Assembly: GCA_963752475.1 (NCBI GenBank)
Contig: CAVVYR010000007.1
Location: 32,001-96,000 of the forward strand
DNA from: an uncultured Chloroflexia bacterium
GTDB lineage: Bacteria > Chloroflexota > Limnocylindria > Limnocylindrales > CSP1-4
Reading direction: 5' to 3'
Length of the DNA: 64,000 nucleotides
Made by a program: the position numbers and the translations under genes
Notes under the pieces: model-generated
Databases searched by the model: none
Told to the model about the DNA's origin: nothing
What the model saw: the letters and a program-made list of their open reading frames with translations, nothing else
Shown here: positions 60,930 through 64,000 of the stretch, piece by piece
Numbering within the stretch: position 1 is the first letter of the stretch
Layout of the letters: every line of letters begins with the position of its first letter

Positions 60930-62789
60930 CTAGCGGCCCAGCCGGCGGTCCTCCAGGCGCTCGCGCGTCGGCACCAGCCACATCACGTCGTACGGGCCCA
61001 GCTCCAGGCGCAGTGTCGTGGCCGAGCCGTTCCAGTGCTCACCGGCGATGAGGTCGTACCAATGCTCGTCGTCGACCCCGAGTTCGCTGATGGGACACTC
61101 CACGTCGACGACCTCGTTGGTCACGTTGGTGAGGGCCAGCACGCGGCGCTCGCCGTCGGGGGAGATGCGCAAGGCGGTGAAGACCCGTGTCGACGGCGTG
61201 AGCACGCGCATCTCGCCGGCCGGATGGAAGGCGCGGTTGCGCGTGCGCATCTTGGAGATCTCGCGCTGCTCCAGGCGCAGGAGCGAGCGCTTGGAGCCCG
61301 GCTGATGGAGGTGCTCACGGTAGATCTCGGTGTCGATGACGCCGCGGTTGACGTCGCGCTTCACGCCGGTCTGCTCCACGAGTCTGTGGTCGTTCGGCAG
61401 GGCGATGGCCCCATGGGTGTAGATGCCAGGGATACCCTTGAGCACCAGCGCGATCGAGCGTGAGGCCACGTAGCGTTTGACCTGCAGCGCGATGGGCTCC
61501 GTGCTGCCGTCCATGTTGATGGCGCTCCACCAGGTGGTGTTGACCTCGTAGGGTTCTTCGCCGTCCTTCGTGGGTTTGTACGAGACGTAGGCGCCGTGGG
61601 TCTTGGCCACGTCGATCATCGCGTCGATCTGCTCGCGGGTGAGGATGCCCTTGACGCCCTGCACGCCGACCCCGTCGTGCGTGTCGAGCATGTTGAAGAG
61701 GTGCGTCTGGCCCGAGGGCAGCTCCAGCCCCGCGGCCCACTCGGAGATGGCGGTGGTGTCCTCGGCATAGAACGTGTGCAGCACCAGCGGCGGCAGGGCG
61801 AAGTTGTAGACCATGTGTGCTTCGTCGGTGCCGTCGCCGAAGTAGGAGATGTTCTGCTCGTGTGGCACGTTGGTCTCGGTCACCAGCGCCACCGACGGCG
61901 CCACCGTGTCGAGCACGTCGCGCAGGAGCTTGATGATCTCGTGGGTCTGGGGCAGGTGGATCGACTCTGTCCCCGGCTCCGACCAGAGGTAGGTGACCGC
62001 GTCGAGGCGGATGATGTCGGCGCCGCGCCGGACGTAGAACAGGAGTGCCTCGAGCACCGCCAGCAGCACCGCCGGGTTGCGGAAGTTGAAGTCGATCTGG
62101 TCGGGCGAGAAGGTCGTCCAGATGTACTTGGGCCCGTCGATGGTCTCGTAGCGGGTGAGGATGTCCGAGGTCCGCGGCCGGAAGATCTTGGAGCGCTGCT
62201 CGGGCGTGAGGTCGTCAGGCGAGTCGTAGGCGATGAAGAAGCCGGCGTACTGCGGCTCACCGCGCAGGAACCCGCGGAACATCTCGGAGCGTGACGAGGC
62301 GTGGTTGAAGACCGCATCGAACATCAGGTCGTAGTCGAAGGCCAGCTCACGCACCTGGTCCCACGAACCGACCTTGGGGTCGACCGCCTTGAAGTCGACG
62401 ACGCTGAAGCCACGGTCCGACGAGTAGGGGAAGAAGGGCAGCATGTGGATGGTGTTGATCGAGTCGTAGTAGGTCTCCACGAACCGGTGCAGCGCCCCGA
62501 TGCCGGTGGCGTCCTTGCTGCGCACGGCGTCGGCGTAGGTGATGAGGATCATGTCGCGCTCGGTGAAGCGATCGGCCGGGTCCAGGCCCTGCTCGTACTC
62601 GAGGAGCGCGGGTGGCTTGTGGGCGTGGTGGACCTTGAGGATCCGCTCGAGCTCGGGCATCGCCGCGCTCGCCGTCTCGAGGCCGTACAAGAGCTCGAGC
62701 CGTCCAAGCATGTGGGCATGGACGTCAGGGTCGATCTCGAGCAGGGGACGCGAGAAGTCCGGGTCTCGCTGATACGGGATGCGGGTCAT
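60930..62789 (-). CDS. GH13_18 sugar phosphorylase, glucosylglycerate phosphorylase-like
   Basis: LITYAD, H.LPFFPYSSD.GF, D.V.NH.S, FRPRTS..LT, WTTFSPDQID, IRLDAV..LW, TETNVPH, VYNFALPP, THDG.G. Confidence 0.9.
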   Translation of the reverse strand: MTRIPYQRDPDFSRPLLEIDPDVHAHMLGRLELLYGLETASAAMPELERILKVHHAHKPPALLEYEQGLDPADRFTERDMILITYADAVRSKDATGIGALHRFVETYYDSINTIHMLPFFPYSSDRGFSVVDFKAVDPKVGSWDQVRELAFDYDLMFDAVFNHASSRSEMFRGFLRGEPQYAGFFIAYDSPDDLTPEQRSKIFRPRTSDILTRYETIDGPKYIWTTFSPDQIDFNFRNPAVLLAVLEALLFYVRRGADIIRLDAVTYLWSEPGTESIHLPQTHEIIKLLRDVLDTVAPSVALVTETNVPHEQNISYFGDGTDEAHMVYNFALPPLVLHTFYAEDTTAISEWAAGLELPSGQTHLFNMLDTHDGVGVQGVKGILTREQIDAMIDVAKTHGAYVSYKPTKDGEEPYEVNTTWWSAINMDGSTEPIALQVKRYVASRSIALVLKGIPGIYTHGAIALPNDHRLVEQTGVKRDVNRGVIDTEIYREHLHQPGSKRSLLRLEQREISKMRTRNRAFHPAGEMRVLTPSTRVFTALRISPDGERRVLALTNVTNEVVDVECPISELGVDDEHWYDLIAGEHWNGSATTLRLELGPYDVMWLVPTRERLEDRRLGR

Positions 62790-63002
62790 CCTCTGTGGCT
62801 CCTCGCGTCGGACGGGCGTGGCTCAGGCAACCCGGAGGCTAGCACCCGGCGTGCTCAGCGCGAGGCACGGACACGCATCTGAGGCCACGCGGAGGCCGCC
62901 CGCGCGCTGCCCATGACCATCGGTGCACTTGACGGCTCACCCTACAAGACCGACAGTCAATGGTCCGGACCGCACCAGCGCCGGGGGACATGAGGCCGTC
63001 GC

Positions 63003-64000
63003 ATGCCTGAGACACTCGAAGACAAGCTCGTCGTGGGTATCTCTTCGCGCGCGCTCTTCGATCTCGACGAGGCCAACACGGTCTTCGAGCAGAACGGTCT
63101 CAGCGCCTTCCGTGAGTACCAGCGCGAGCATGAGCACGAGATCCTCGAGACCGGTACCGCCTTCCCCCTGGTCCGGGGCTTGCTCGCGGTCAACGAGCGT
63201 GCCGGCGAGCATCTCGTCGACGTCATCATCTTCAGCCGCAACGACGCGGACTCCGCCATGCGCGTCCTGCGCTCCATCGAGGCCTACGAGCTACCCATCA
63301 CCCGCGGCGTCTTCCGCGGCGGTCGCGACCCCTGGCCGATGTTGCCGGCGCTGAGCTGCGACGTCTTCCTCAGCGCGGAGTCCTCGCAGGTGCTCAAGGC
63401 GCGAGAGCAGGGCGTAGCCGCGGCTGTCATCCTGCCCGGCGCCCGGATGGCCAACGAGGACGTGACCGAGGTGCGCATCGCTTTCGACGGCGACGCGGTG
63501 CTCTTCGATCAGGCCTCGCAGCTGGTCTTCGATGAGCAGGGCCTCGACGCCTTCCACCAGCACGAGGACAGCCACCAGGACGAGCCCATGTCACCGGGCC
63601 CGTTCCGGCCCTTCCTCGACGGGCTTGCCCGCATCCAGGCGCATTTCGGTGCGGCCTCGCCGGTGCGAACGGCGCTGGTCACTGCCCGCGCCGCGCCGGC
63701 GCACTACCGGGTGGTCAACACCCTGCGCTCGTGGGGCGTCAACATCGACGAGACGTACTTCCTGGGCGGGGTCGACAAGACCGATGTGCTCAAGGCCTTC
63801 GGCGCCCACATCTTCTTCGACGATCAGCGCGTCCACGCCGAGCGCGCCTCGGCCCAGGTCCCGGCGGCCCAGGTGCTGTGGTCGGAGGACGACCTGCCCG
63901 CGGCCGATCAGCCTCCGCAGCCGGTGATCGTGAAGGGCAAGCGCAAGGCCAAGTCCGGCAAGGCCAAGCGGCCGAAGAAGGCCGCTACTCCTCGTGGAGG
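63003..64000 (+). CDS. 5'-nucleotidase (cN-I family), runs off the window end
   Basis: LVVGISSRALFDLDE, G.AFPLVR.LL, RIAFDGDAVLF, GPF.PFL..L, RTALVTAR.AP.H.R...TLRSWG..IDE.YFLGG.DK, HIFFDDQ. Confidence 0.92.
   Translation, partial: MPETLEDKLVVGISSRALFDLDEANTVFEQNGLSAFREYQREHEHEILETGTAFPLVRGLLAVNERAGEHLVDVIIFSRNDADSAMRVLRSIEAYELPITRGVFRGGRDPWPMLPALSCDVFLSAESSQVLKAREQGVAAAVILPGARMANEDVTEVRIAFDGDAVLFDQASQLVFDEQGLDAFHQHEDSHQDEPMSPGPFRPFLDGLARIQAHFGAASPVRTALVTARAAPAHYRVVNTLRSWGVNIDETYFLGGVDKTDVLKAFGAHIFFDDQRVHAERASAQVPAAQVLWSEDDLPAADQPPQPVIVKGKRKAKSGKAKRPKKAATPRG

Overview
High-GC bacterial window. GroEL/GlnS style and gene content suggest Chloroflexota, but this is inference only. Many single-base frameshifts, including in glnS, point to an error-prone, probably long-read consensus. 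Content in order: DUF2252 protein, gene debris, class II photolyase, a GH130/GT4 glycosylation cluster, a divergent cluster of stand-alone PASTA-domain genes, CIRCE-controlled groES-groEL, a dispersed sugar/sugar-acid catabolic region (two enolase-superfamily dehydratases, SDRs, ribose-type ABC transporter, cupin isomerase, LacI and IclR regulators, kduD-like gene, paired CaiB/BaiF CoA-transferases), three VapC toxin-antitoxin pairs, an HTH/TPR/SEC-C protein, glnS, a cPGS-like GTPase, a GH13_18 phosphorylase and a 5'-nucleotidase. Main leads: (1) a conserved ~55-nt promoter/5'-leader motif (TACATT-N15/16-GGTGCGCAnTCCGACC-N4/5-[GT]GGCCTTGAGCG) with a covarying stem, present three times in front of the PASTA genes and a beta-propeller gene. 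It is a candidate undescribed cis-regulatory RNA. (2) A five-gene translationally coupled operon of PASTA-only proteins with no export signal. (3) A 28-bp direct repeat ending in a tRNA-like 3' end (...CGGGCGCGCCA) that brackets 4.1-21.9 kb and looks like att scars of a tRNA-targeted island.
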